Positions 48,552 through 57,920 of a DNA stretch of 64,000 nt are shown piece by piece. How positions within the stretch are numbered: the stretch's first letter is position 1; each line of letters starts with the position of its first letter. The notes beneath the pieces are model-generated. The model worked only from the letters and a program-made list of their open reading frames with translations, did not search any database and had not been told where the DNA came from. This stretch comes from Deltaproteobacteria bacterium. GTDB taxonomy: Bacteria > Myxococcota_A > Polyangia > Fen-1088. The translations under genes and the position numbers were made by a program. The stretch lies in NCBI GenBank assembly GCA_033763315.1, contig JANRKS010000040.1, positions 160,001-224,000 of the forward strand, given 5' to 3'.

Positions 48552-49034
48552 GTGCCTTCGTCTGAACGTGAGAAACAAGGTCCCAGCTCGCGCTGGTGGC
48601 TGTTAGCGGTGATCGGTGCCGCCATCGGCGTGCTGTTTGGCACTGTGGTGGGGCGCCTGTCCTTCGGATCGCCCTTGGTCATGCTGGCGATCGGTGGCGC
48701 CACTTTGGGCCTGGCCGGCTTGGCCACGTGGCGCGTCTTTCACCCCTTGGTGGACGCGGGCGTCGTTGAGCGCATCAACGCGCCGACGGAGCCTGGCCGC
48801 ATCCGCGACCTGCAACGCGAAAAAGTTTCGGTGCTCAAAGCGATCAAGGAAGTCGAAATGGACTACCAGATGCGCAAGATCTCCGACGACGACTACGAAG
48901 AGATGACCCGCCGGTACCGCACGCGTGCGTTGCGCATCATCGGCGAACTTGAAGCGGGCGACGATTTGCGCACGCTGATTGAGCAAGAGCTCAAGGCGCG
49001 TTTGGCAGCCGACAAAGCGGGAGAGCCATCGTGA
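48552..49034 (+). CDS. Membrane protein of ccm operon (CcmI N-terminal-like helical motif)
   Basis: Two TM helices then LKAIKEVEMDYQMRKISDDDYEEM. Confidence 0.65.
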   Translation: MPSSEREKQGPSSRWWLLAVIGAAIGVLFGTVVGRLSFGSPLVMLAIGGATLGLAGLATWRVFHPLVDAGVVERINAPTEPGRIRDLQREKVSVLKAIKEVEMDYQMRKISDDDYEEMTRRYRTRALRIIGELEAGDDLRTLIEQELKARLAADKAGEPS

Positions 49035-50626
49035 AGCTCGTGGCGAAGCTTGCTTGCGTGGTGCTGCTAAGTGTCCTGGGCGCGCCGCTGGCACACGCAC
49101 AACCGCCCGATTTGCGCCAAATGGCGGGCCGCCCCCTGCCGGTGGCCGATCTTCCGGTGGGCTCGGTGAGCGTGCGTGTGGCGCGCAAGATGCCCGTGAA
49201 CGCGGCCGCGGGTATCAAAGTGGTGGCCACGATTACGCCACCTGGCGGCAGCGCCAAAACCACCGAAGCGACAACCGGTGAAGATGGCCGCGTAATGTTT
49301 TCTGATGTGCCCGTGGGCGCGACGTTTGCCGCCGTGGCCGAAGTGGATGGGGAAACGCTGCAAACGCAGCCGTTCCCGATCCCTGCGCAGGGTGGCGTGC
49401 GCAGCATGTTGATCGCAGGCCTGCCGCCCAGCCCGCCCCCAGGCGCGGATGGTGAAGGTGACGCTGAACAACCGGGGTCTCGCTTTGCGTTTTCGATCAC
49501 TGTGGCCGCACCCGTTGCCGCAGCCGATCTGCCGCCAGGGACTTTGGAAGTGGTGGTTGTGGATGCCGCGGGCAAGCCTTTGCCCGAGCACGAAGTGAAT
49601 GTGGGGCAAGCGGGCGCCGACGGCAAAGTGCAGGCCTTCACGCAGAAAACAAATGCGCAAGGCGTGGCGCGCTTTGTGGATCTGTCCACGGCGCAAGACG
49701 TGGGGTATTTGGTTGTCACGGAGATTGAGGGTTCGCGCATCGGCACGCGCCCCTTTCGCATGGCCACCGATGGCGGCATGCGCGCGCCTCGCTTGGCGCC
49801 ACCCGTGCGCACGAACGATTTGACGGTCTTGAGCCTGGATCAAGGCTCAAGGATCATCTTCGAGGTGCGCGAAGACTTCTTGTTTGTGGGTGAAGTGCTT
49901 TCATTCCGCAATGAATCGGAACGCATTTATGATGGCGGGCCCAAAGGCATCTTTGTGCCTCTGCCCCACGAGATGACGAGCTTCGCGCCGATGGGCGAAG
50001 GCGCCACATTGGAAGAAGTCAAAGGCAAAGGCCTCCTGATGCGTTCGGAGGTGCCTCCCATGGGACCACGTGATCGCAGCGTGCAAGCGCGCTTCGCTTT
50101 TCTGTTACCCACCTACGGCGATGACAGCTTGGACTTCGAGCAGACGCTTGAGGTGCCGATGAAATCGCCGCTGGTGATCGTGCCCGACGCCTACAAGCTC
50201 ACGCTTACGGCCGACGGGCTGCGCACATTGCCGAAAGAAAAGGATTCGCAGGGAAATGCAGTTTCGCTTTACGAACTGGGTGACATCCCTGCGGGTGGCA
50301 AGATCAAGATCCGCATTTCCGGTTTGCCCAAGGTCGATAAGACGGGCCACCTCATCGCCATAATCGTCTGCGTGTTGCTGCTCGGCTGGGGCTTATGGGG
50401 TGTGTTCGGCGGACCAAGGGCCGCCAGCGGCAAAGACGAAAAGGCGAAGCTTGAGCGCAAGAACCAAGAGCTGCGCAACCGCCGCGAGAAGTTGTTCGAA
50501 GAGCTGGTGGCGTTGGAGAAGCGCCGTCGCAGCGGCGCCAGCGTTGACGAAACGAGGCGCGAACAATTGGTGTCGCAGCTTGAGACGGTGTACCGCGACC
50601 TGCACACCACAGCGCCTCGGGTGTGA
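49031..50626 (+). CDS. Exported protein with carboxypeptidase-regulatory-like/transthyretin-like domains and C-terminal membrane anchor
   Basis: Signal peptide, TGEDGRVMFSDV and TNAQGVARFVDL repeats, TM, RREKLFEELVALE tail. Confidence 0.7.
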   Translation: MKLVAKLACVVLLSVLGAPLAHAQPPDLRQMAGRPLPVADLPVGSVSVRVARKMPVNAAAGIKVVATITPPGGSAKTTEATTGEDGRVMFSDVPVGATFAAVAEVDGETLQTQPFPIPAQGGVRSMLIAGLPPSPPPGADGEGDAEQPGSRFAFSITVAAPVAAADLPPGTLEVVVVDAAGKPLPEHEVNVGQAGADGKVQAFTQKTNAQGVARFVDLSTAQDVGYLVVTEIEGSRIGTRPFRMATDGGMRAPRLAPPVRTNDLTVLSLDQGSRIIFEVREDFLFVGEVLSFRNESERIYDGGPKGIFVPLPHEMTSFAPMGEGATLEEVKGKGLLMRSEVPPMGPRDRSVQARFAFLLPTYGDDSLDFEQTLEVPMKSPLVIVPDAYKLTLTADGLRTLPKEKDSQGNAVSLYELGDIPAGGKIKIRISGLPKVDKTGHLIAIIVCVLLLGWGLWGVFGGPRAASGKDEKAKLERKNQELRNRREKLFEELVALEKRRRSGASVDETRREQLVSQLETVYRDLHTTAPRV

Positions 50627-50629
50627 TGA

Positions 50630-51346
50630 ATGACGGCGCCGCCAGCGGAGCTTCATCTTGAGGGCGTGGGCAAAACGTATGGACGCCACCGCGCGTTGGT
50701 GAGCGTCACGGCCACGTTTTCGCCAGGACGTATCAACACCATCTTGGGTCCCAACGGTGCGGGCAAGAGCACGCTGCTTGGCATCTTGGCCACCCTGGTT
50801 CGCCCCACCACCGGCAGCATTCGGTGGGGCGACAAACCGCTGGGGCCGACGGCAGCCGCCCGCGCCGCGGTGGGATACGTGGGGCACGACCCAGGCCTTT
50901 ATGGCGACCTCGGTGCGCTCGACAACCTGAACCTGTTTGCCGGCCTTTATGGCTGCGACGTGGATCCCCAAGCGCTGCTCGCGCAAGTGGGGTTGTCTCA
51001 CGTGGAGCCGCTGGCGCCCGTGCGCACTTATTCGCGGGGCATGCAACAGCGTTTGGCCCTAGCGCGCGCCCTTCTGCACCAGCCGGCGATCTTGTTGTTC
51101 GATGAACCCAGCGCCGCGTTGGATCCCACAGGGGCGGCGTGGTTGTCGGCACAGCTGGCGGCGCAACGGGGGGCGGGGCGCATCGTTGTGGTGGTCACAC
51201 ACGATTTGGACGCCGTCGCACCACTTACCGATCACTTGACGATTTTACGCCGCGGGCGCTTGGCTCACCACGCGCCCGTGCAAACGGCGCTCACGGGAAC
51301 CGATCTGCGACGCATCTATACGGAGACCACCGGTGCCTCGACCTAA
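50630..51346 (+). CDS. ccmA: Heme export ABC ATPase CcmA
   Basis: GPNGAGKST, YSRGMQQR signature, LLFDEP; operon context. Confidence 0.9.
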   Translation: MTAPPAELHLEGVGKTYGRHRALVSVTATFSPGRINTILGPNGAGKSTLLGILATLVRPTTGSIRWGDKPLGPTAAARAAVGYVGHDPGLYGDLGALDNLNLFAGLYGCDVDPQALLAQVGLSHVEPLAPVRTYSRGMQQRLALARALLHQPAILLFDEPSAALDPTGAAWLSAQLAAQRGAGRIVVVVTHDLDAVAPLTDHLTILRRGRLAHHAPVQTALTGTDLRRIYTETTGAST

Positions 51347-52037
51347 CGGCTTTGTAAGCACCGTGCTGCGGATTGCGGCAAAAGATCTGCGCATCGAATG
51401 GCGCAACCGCGAGATCACCACGACGATGGGGTTCTTTGCGATCTTGATGGTGCTGATCTTCGCGTTTGCGTTTGTGAACCCAGCGGGAGACGCGCTGGCC
51501 CCCGAAGTGACGGCGGGCGTCTTGTGGGTGGGGCTGCTGTTTTCAGGCACCATCGCCTTGGCCCGCACGTTTGATCGTGAACGGGATCTCGAGGCCGTCC
51601 GCGCCTTGCTGCTTTCACCCGCGCCACGCGCGGCCATTTACCTCGGCAAGCTGGTGGGCGTGGTGTTTTTGATGCTCATCGTTGAAACCGCGGTCACGTT
51701 GCTTTCGGCCGTGTTCTTCTCGGCCGCGATCGGGCGTCACGCCGCCTGGTTGGCCGGGTTCTTGGCCTTGGGTACTGTGGGTTACGCCGCCGTAGGAACC
51801 GTGGTATCCGGCGCGCTGCTTCGTTCGAAAAGCCGCGACGCCTTGATTGCCGCGCTGTTGTTTCCCTTGGTTACGCCGCTGGTGATGGCCGGCGTGCGTG
51901 GCACCAGCATGTTGCTCAATCCCGAAACGCCCGATCCTGAATCCATCGTGTTTTGGACGCAGTTTCTGGTGGTGGTTGATGCCGTGTTCCTGCTGATCGG
52001 CCTGTGGGCGTTCGAGCCGGTGATCTCTGGCGAGTGA
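51333..52037 (+). CDS. ccmB: Heme exporter protein CcmB
   Basis: KDLRIEWRNRE, GVLWV, IYLGK, LLFPLVTP. Confidence 0.92.
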   Translation: MPRPNGFVSTVLRIAAKDLRIEWRNREITTTMGFFAILMVLIFAFAFVNPAGDALAPEVTAGVLWVGLLFSGTIALARTFDRERDLEAVRALLLSPAPRAAIYLGKLVGVVFLMLIVETAVTLLSAVFFSAAIGRHAAWLAGFLALGTVGYAAVGTVVSGALLRSKSRDALIAALLFPLVTPLVMAGVRGTSMLLNPETPDPESIVFWTQFLVVVDAVFLLIGLWAFEPVISGE

Positions 52038-52139
52038 GCCGTGGCCGACGTTGGCCGCACCGAAGCGTTCCTATAAAACGCCGGGGCCGGGAATGCGCGA
52101 CGTGGCGAAAACAGTTATGATGCAACTTCTGTTTTTGCC

Positions 52140-52862
52140 ATGTCGCCCTCAAGCCCAACCTCGAAACCCACATCGTTAGGCCCCTGGCTCATTACCGTCG
52201 CTGTGTGCGTGCTGGGCTTCGCCTGGGTGCCGCAGATGATCGTGAAGGCCCCGGTTGAAATGACGATGGGGCCCGTGCAGAAGATCTTTTACTTTCACGT
52301 GCCGTGTGCGTGGCTCCTGATGCTCTCGGTGTTCGTGTGCGCCGGCGGCAGCGTGGCTTATCTGTTTAAGGGCTCGGAGGCCGGCGATCGGCTGGCGCGG
52401 TCAAGCGCCGAGTTGGCTGTGCTGTTCGGCATTTGCGTCTTGGTGACGGGACCACTGTGGGGCCGCGTGGCGTGGGGTGTTTATTGGCAGTGGGACGCCC
52501 GCCTCACCAGTTCGTTGCTGTTGTGGCTGATCATGGTGGCTTATCTGCTGGCCCGGCGTTATGGCGGCCCGGCCTCACGTAAGTTGGCCGCCGCTCTGGC
52601 GCTGTTCGCGGCCGCCGACGTGCCATTGGTTTATGTGAGCGTGCACATCTGGCGCACCATTCACCCGAGCACGTCTGTGGTGCCCACGTTGGTGCCTGCG
52701 ATGCGCGCCGTGTTTTGGACGTCGTTTGCCCTGTTCACCGTGCTGTGGTTTGTGCTGCTGTCTGTGCGGCTGCGGCTTGAACGTTTGCGCGGCGAGATCG
52801 ATGCATTGACAATCGACGTTGAAGACCTGATCGAAGCGAAATTGGAGACCAAACGCTCATGA
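52140..52862 (+). CDS. ccmC: Heme exporter/chaperone CcmC
   Basis: IFYFHVP, WGRVAWGVYWQWDARLT, WRTIHP. Confidence 0.95.
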   Translation: MSPSSPTSKPTSLGPWLITVAVCVLGFAWVPQMIVKAPVEMTMGPVQKIFYFHVPCAWLLMLSVFVCAGGSVAYLFKGSEAGDRLARSSAELAVLFGICVLVTGPLWGRVAWGVYWQWDARLTSSLLLWLIMVAYLLARRYGGPASRKLAAALALFAAADVPLVYVSVHIWRTIHPSTSVVPTLVPAMRAVFWTSFALFTVLWFVLLSVRLRLERLRGEIDALTIDVEDLIEAKLETKRS

Positions 52863-53146
52863 AACCCATCTTGTCTTTGGCCGCTTTCGTCTTGCGCCGG
52901 TCGTTGCCGTTGCTGGCGGTCGTGGCAGCACTTTTGATCTTACCTTGCCAACTCGCTGTGGCAGCCGATTACGCGAAAGTACCCGACAGAGATCCCACGA
53001 CGATCGCGGCCAACCCGTTCATCGCTGGTGCGTACGGCTTCATCTGGGTGGCACTCCTCGTTTACGTGGTGTTCGTGGCGCGTGGCCTGCAGAAGGCGTC
53101 AAGCGAAGTAAAGTCGCTGCAGCGCAAGCTGGATCAACAGGCGTAG
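52859..53146 (+). CDS. ccmD: CcmD family protein with N-terminal extension
   Basis: FIAGAYGFIWVALLVYV followed by charged helix, directly after ccmC (ATGA overlap). Confidence 0.72.
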   Translation: MKPILSLAAFVLRRSLPLLAVVAALLILPCQLAVAADYAKVPDRDPTTIAANPFIAGAYGFIWVALLVYVVFVARGLQKASSEVKSLQRKLDQQA

Positions 53147-53155
53147 CGTCCTGCC

Positions 53156-53356
53156 ATGGATGTGCCTCCCTCATCGCACTTCATCTACATCCCCGTCATG
53201 TTGGTGCTGGGGATCGTGCTGGGGTTTGTGATGGGCAGCCGCGCCACGCGCGATCAAATTCGCATGGACGAGCAAAAGGCGGCCGAGCGCGAGCGCAAGA
53301 AAGCCGCGCGGCGAGCGGTTGTGGCCGACTCCACGCCTGACGATGCCACCAAATAG
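53156..53356 (+). CDS. Small membrane protein, hypothetical
   Basis: SHFIYIPVMLVLGIVLGFVMG TM then charged tail, 66 aa. Confidence 0.65.
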   Translation: MDVPPSSHFIYIPVMLVLGIVLGFVMGSRATRDQIRMDEQKAAERERKKAARRAVVADSTPDDATK

Positions 53357-53374
53357 TTTTGACACAACCAAGGC

Positions 53375-53403
53375 TTGACCCCGGCGCGGCCTAGGGAAAG
53401 ACT
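53375..53403 (+). promoter_or_regulatory. Putative leaderless promoter of cytochrome c peroxidase gene
   Basis: TTGACC-N17-AAGACT-N7-ATG(53411). Confidence 0.45.
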
Positions 53404-53410
53404 GCGCGTC

Positions 53411-54466
53411 ATGAAGATGCGGAACGTGTTGTTGTTAGGGTTGTGCTTAAGTGGCTTGGGTGCGTGCAAACAAGAGCCGCCGCCCGCGCCGCCCGTTGAA
53501 ACGAAGCCCGCGCCGCCGCCCCTGCCGCAAGTGCCTCCGGCCCCGCCCTTGCCCGCCACGCCCCAAGGCCTGCCTGACATGGAAGTGCCGGCTGAGGCGG
53601 CGTTGACGCCAGAGAAGGTGGCCCTAGGCAAACAACTGTTCTTCGACAAGCGCCTTTCAGGCAACGCTTCAAAGAGCTGCGAAAGTTGCCATCAACACGA
53701 CAAGGCGTGGACGGATGGCTTGCCGCTGTCAGAAAAGGGCAACGGCCAATTGAACACACGCCATTCGCCCACCATGTACAACATCGGTTACCAGCCGCAT
53801 TGGTACTGGGATGGCCGCGCCAAAAATTTGGAGGCACAAGCCCTCGCGGCGTGGAAGGGCCAAGTGGGAGGCGATCCCGATAAAGTGGCAGGGTTTCTTT
53901 CCGACATTCCGCTTTACAAGGTGCAGTTCCAGAAGGTGTTTGGATCACCGCCCACCGCGGACACCATCTCAGCGGCCTTGGCGGCGTTCATGCGCACGCT
54001 CAACAGCGGAGGGTCGGCGTGGGACAAGCATGAAGCGGGCGACGCCGAAGCTGTGGATGCAGACGTGATCGCTGGGTGGAAAGTGTTCCGCGACAAAGCC
54101 CACTGCACTTTGTGCCACGTGCCGCCGTTGTTTACAGACATGCAATTTCACAACATTGGCGTCGGCATGGAGGCCAAAGAGCCCGACATCGGCCGCGGCA
54201 AAATCACAAACGACGCCAAAGACACGGGCGCCTTCAAAACGCCCACGCTGCGATCAATTACAAAGAGCGGCCCCTATTTTCATGATGGCAGCGTGGCCAC
54301 GCTGGAAGACGCTGTGAAGTTAATGTTGGCGGGTGGCAAGAAGAACAAGAACCTGGATCCGAAGCTCAAGAAGGTGAATTTGAACGCCAAGGAGTTCGGG
54401 CAGCTGATGGCGTTCTTGCGCTCGCTTGAATCCACTGAACCGTTTGAGCGTCCGGCGTTACCGTAA
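53411..54466 (+). CDS. Di-heme cytochrome c peroxidase (CCP/MauG family) lipoprotein
   Basis: Lipobox LGAC, LGKQLFFDKRLS, CESCH, WDGRA, CTLCH, FKTPTLR, PYFHDGS. Confidence 0.93.
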   Translation: MKMRNVLLLGLCLSGLGACKQEPPPAPPVETKPAPPPLPQVPPAPPLPATPQGLPDMEVPAEAALTPEKVALGKQLFFDKRLSGNASKSCESCHQHDKAWTDGLPLSEKGNGQLNTRHSPTMYNIGYQPHWYWDGRAKNLEAQALAAWKGQVGGDPDKVAGFLSDIPLYKVQFQKVFGSPPTADTISAALAAFMRTLNSGGSAWDKHEAGDAEAVDADVIAGWKVFRDKAHCTLCHVPPLFTDMQFHNIGVGMEAKEPDIGRGKITNDAKDTGAFKTPTLRSITKSGPYFHDGSVATLEDAVKLMLAGGKKNKNLDPKLKKVNLNAKEFGQLMAFLRSLESTEPFERPALP

Positions 54467-54480
54467 GTGCGGAATCCGAT

Positions 54481-56646
54481 TCAGGGCCGCGGTCGCGTGC
54501 GGCCCAGGATCTCCAACGCGAAAGCCTGCCAACCAACGATGGGATTCATGGGCGCAGGCACCATGCGATCAAACACCTGCACCTGCGTCCAGCCTTCAGC
54601 GGGCCCCGCCATCGCCGATGAATAACAATCGGGTCCGTTGAAGATCCCGAACGGCACCTGTGGAAAGCGGGCGCTGTGGTTGCGTAAGCTCATGCGCTGC
54701 CACACGTCCACGGCTTCGTTCCACAAGCCCTCTTGCGCAAGCGCCCACACGGCCCAATAAACGGTTTGCGGCCAAATGCCGCCGTTTTCGCCTTCGCCGG
54801 CGGGCAACACGGCAAACGAGAAATGCGGCGGCGGTGGGCTGGCGTAAGGACGCGACAACAGCGTAAGCCCGATCGTCGAAGCGTTCAGCTTCAACATCGC
54901 ACGCAACGCTTGCTGGCGTTGTGCCGGTGTGCCGATCTTGCCAAGCGCAGCCCACACTTGGCTGTTCAGATACAAACGATCATCGCCAAGCGGCGCGCCC
55001 TCGTCGTCGTAGCCCATGAGGAACCACTGGTTGTTCCAAGCATGGGCCGCAGCCGCGCGTAATTGCGTGGCGAACGCAGAAGCTTCATCGGCCAACGCCG
55101 CGGCGCCACGCTTGCGTGCCAGAACGGCGAAGCCCTCACACGCGCGCACTGCCATCGCCGTGTTCATGAACGATTCGCCACGCCCTTGGCGCCCCACACG
55201 CGAAAGGTAATCATTCCAGTCGCCATCCTTCATCAACACCAAACCGTGCGTGCCCACGCCGATGTTGTGCCGCAGCCACGTGAAGGCGCGTGCCAGATGG
55301 TCGAAATAAGGTGCCGACGTGCCATCCCAAAACGGCAAGTCTTCATTGAACAGGTGCGGAAAATGCGCGGCTTGTTCGGCCGACGCCAGCAAGAACCAGA
55401 TCTCGCCGTCCGATTCAAAATGCATGTGGGCGAGATCGCGTTCCGCGCGTAGGTTTGTCGTCTTCGGAATGTCACCTGATTGCAGTTGGCCGCGCGCGAT
55501 CCACCGAAGCGCGTCTGCCGCTGCGGCGGGCGCAAACGGCGCCATCGCAAGCGCGTTCTCGGGCGCTTCACGCACGGGGAAACTCAGATACTCGGGGTTA
55601 TCTGGATTGCGGAACATAGAATAGCCACCCAGTTGGTAGTAGGGGGCGTTCGTGGAAGCGTCGCGGTTGCGAAACGAAAGCATCTGACCGAACGACCACA
55701 CGGCTTCATCGATCATCCACGCCGAGGGGGCCCACAAAGCTTGCACGCGCTGAAGCGGCGAAAGCCAAAGTCCCTTCATTTGCGGGAGCGGCACCTTAAT
55801 AGAGACTTCGGCCCACGCTTCATCGCCATAGCCAACCGACACAGGAACTGTGAAAGATTGCCCCGGCGCCAAATCGATCGGGACCGACAAACGCAAAGAA
55901 TGATCGCGCGTGCTGCCCGCCATGGACAGGGGGCCGCGCAGGTAAACGTTGCCCAGCGCCGGTGTCACCTTTGTAAAACGCGCCCGGCCTCCCGAGGATT
56001 CGGGATGCAAGGTCTTAACGAAATCTGCATAGGCCACGCCAGGCCGCACGAACACATCGCTTTGAACCACGAACGTGGCGTGAACCGATTTGGCGCCTTG
56101 GTTCGTTAGCGAAAATGATCCCGCAAGCGCCGTCACATCTTGCGGCACCGCAACCACTTCCTGCGTGAGCGCCACCCGCTGCCCCTCGATCACTGCGCCT
56201 CCTTCGTACGTGGCGTACCCCGTTCCGTAACGAATCGGGCCGCGTAGCGGCAGCTCGCTGTACGCCAAGCTGACGACGTCATTGGCCGTTTCAAGCAGCG
56301 CGAACAAACCGCCACGCGTGCGCGTGGTGACGGGCGTGATGGTGGTGGTGCCGCCTTCCGTGGTGATGAGCCTGATGTTGCCCCAACGATCTGCCAAGGC
56401 CCCTGCCCGCCCCGCGCTGATTAGGTGTGCGAACGGCGCGTAGGGCGCGGTGGCCAGGGCGCGCGGCTCAAGCTCGTAGGCGGGCAAGCCTTGCGGGTCT
56501 TTAAGCCAATGACCGAATCCCTCCTGTGGCGAGGTCTTGTGCGCTGGCGCGGGGGCACACGCCGTTACAAGCACAGACACGCCCATGAGGCAGCCGAGGC
56601 GACGCAGGCAAAACGGGAAGCAAAACGGGAAGATCAACCTCACCAT
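54481..56646 (-). CDS. GH94-like glycoside phosphorylase/hydrolase, probable lipoprotein (start uncertain)
   Basis: GLVLMKDGDWND, LYLNSQVWA, GENGGIW; N-terminal hydrophobic segment ending VTAC. Confidence 0.72.
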   Translation of the reverse strand: MVRLIFPFCFPFCLRRLGCLMGVSVLVTACAPAPAHKTSPQEGFGHWLKDPQGLPAYELEPRALATAPYAPFAHLISAGRAGALADRWGNIRLITTEGGTTTITPVTTRTRGGLFALLETANDVVSLAYSELPLRGPIRYGTGYATYEGGAVIEGQRVALTQEVVAVPQDVTALAGSFSLTNQGAKSVHATFVVQSDVFVRPGVAYADFVKTLHPESSGGRARFTKVTPALGNVYLRGPLSMAGSTRDHSLRLSVPIDLAPGQSFTVPVSVGYGDEAWAEVSIKVPLPQMKGLWLSPLQRVQALWAPSAWMIDEAVWSFGQMLSFRNRDASTNAPYYQLGGYSMFRNPDNPEYLSFPVREAPENALAMAPFAPAAAADALRWIARGQLQSGDIPKTTNLRAERDLAHMHFESDGEIWFLLASAEQAAHFPHLFNEDLPFWDGTSAPYFDHLARAFTWLRHNIGVGTHGLVLMKDGDWNDYLSRVGRQGRGESFMNTAMAVRACEGFAVLARKRGAAALADEASAFATQLRAAAAHAWNNQWFLMGYDDEGAPLGDDRLYLNSQVWAALGKIGTPAQRQQALRAMLKLNASTIGLTLLSRPYASPPPPHFSFAVLPAGEGENGGIWPQTVYWAVWALAQEGLWNEAVDVWQRMSLRNHSARFPQVPFGIFNGPDCYSSAMAGPAEGWTQVQVFDRMVPAPMNPIVGWQAFALEILGRTRPRP

Positions 56647-56774
56647 GGAACCCTTGTTACCTTGAAACGCGAAGGCACGCACGCGCCAGGGGCCGCGGGC
56701 CGAGCCAAAGCTGCAGCCAGAACCAGGCACGCGTGCCGAAACCGGAGTATTCTGAACACCCGGAGGGTATTTCC

Positions 56775-57920
56775 ATGGTTGGTTTCGACTTTACAGAAGA
56801 GCAACAGCAACTCATCAGCACGGCCCGTGATTTCACGAAAAAAGAGATCACGCCGGTGGCGTCAGAGCTGGATGAGACCGGGAAATTCCCCGATGAGATT
56901 TGCAGAAAAGCTTGGGAGACCGGGCTGATGAATTGCGAATTGCCCGAGTCCCTCGGTGGGCTGGGGCTCTCGTGCCTTTCTCACTGCTTGGTGCTCGAAG
57001 AGATCTCCTACGGCTGCGTGGGCGTGAACACCACGTTGGCAGGCAACGCCCTTGCCTCTATGCCGCTGCAGATCGCCGGCAGCGAGGAGCAAAAGCGCAA
57101 CTACCTTGGCCGGCTGTTGGAAAAGCCGTTGTTTGCGGCTTACGCCTGTTCCGAGCCCGATGCGGGCAGCGATGTAGCCGGCATGAAAAGCCGTTACCGC
57201 AAGGTGGGAGACGAATACATTCTTACGGGGCAAAAGCGTTGGATCACCAATGGTGGCGTCGCCGATTTTTATGTGACGTTCGCGCGCGCCGAAGGCACCG
57301 ATCGCCACAAGGGCATCACGTGCTTTGTGTTGGATCGTAACCTCCCTGGCGTGTCGGTGGGCAAAAAGGAAAACAAGATGGGCCAACGCGCTTCAAACAC
57401 CACGGACGTGCTGTTCGACGAAGTGAAGTTGAACAAAAGCCATGTGGTGGGCGTGGAAGGCGAAGGCTTCAAAATTGCGATGAAGACCTTTGATCGCAGC
57501 CGCCCTTGGATCGCCGCGGGCGCTGCCGGTTTGATCCGCCGCTGCTTGGATGAATCACGGCAATACGCGCTTGAACGTAAGACGTTTGGCGTCGCCATCG
57601 CGCAACACCAAGCGGTGCAGTTCATGTTGGCAGAGATGGCGATCGCCCACGAGGTCACGCGCCTTCTGTGTCACAAGGCGGCCTGGGCGATCGACAACGG
57701 CCACATCGACTCGGTGGTTTCGAGCTACGCCAAAGCGTATGGCGCCGATGCAGCCATGCACGTGGCCACCGACGCCGTACAGATCTTCGGAGGCTATGGC
57801 TACACGAAAGAATATCCCGTGGAAAAGCTGATGCGCGACGCGAAGTTGCTGCAGATCTACGAAGGCACGAGCCAAATTCAACGCATGGTCATCGCGCGCA
57901 ACGTGCTTAGCGCCAAGTGA
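56775..57920 (+). CDS. Acyl-CoA dehydrogenase
   Basis: GGAGG RBS; SEPDAGSD, GQKRWITNG, KMGQRAS, QIFGGYGY, IYEGTSQIQ. Confidence 0.97.
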   Translation: MVGFDFTEEQQQLISTARDFTKKEITPVASELDETGKFPDEICRKAWETGLMNCELPESLGGLGLSCLSHCLVLEEISYGCVGVNTTLAGNALASMPLQIAGSEEQKRNYLGRLLEKPLFAAYACSEPDAGSDVAGMKSRYRKVGDEYILTGQKRWITNGGVADFYVTFARAEGTDRHKGITCFVLDRNLPGVSVGKKENKMGQRASNTTDVLFDEVKLNKSHVVGVEGEGFKIAMKTFDRSRPWIAAGAAGLIRRCLDESRQYALERKTFGVAIAQHQAVQFMLAEMAIAHEVTRLLCHKAAWAIDNGHIDSVVSSYAKAYGADAAMHVATDAVQIFGGYGYTKEYPVEKLMRDAKLLQIYEGTSQIQRMVIARNVLSAK

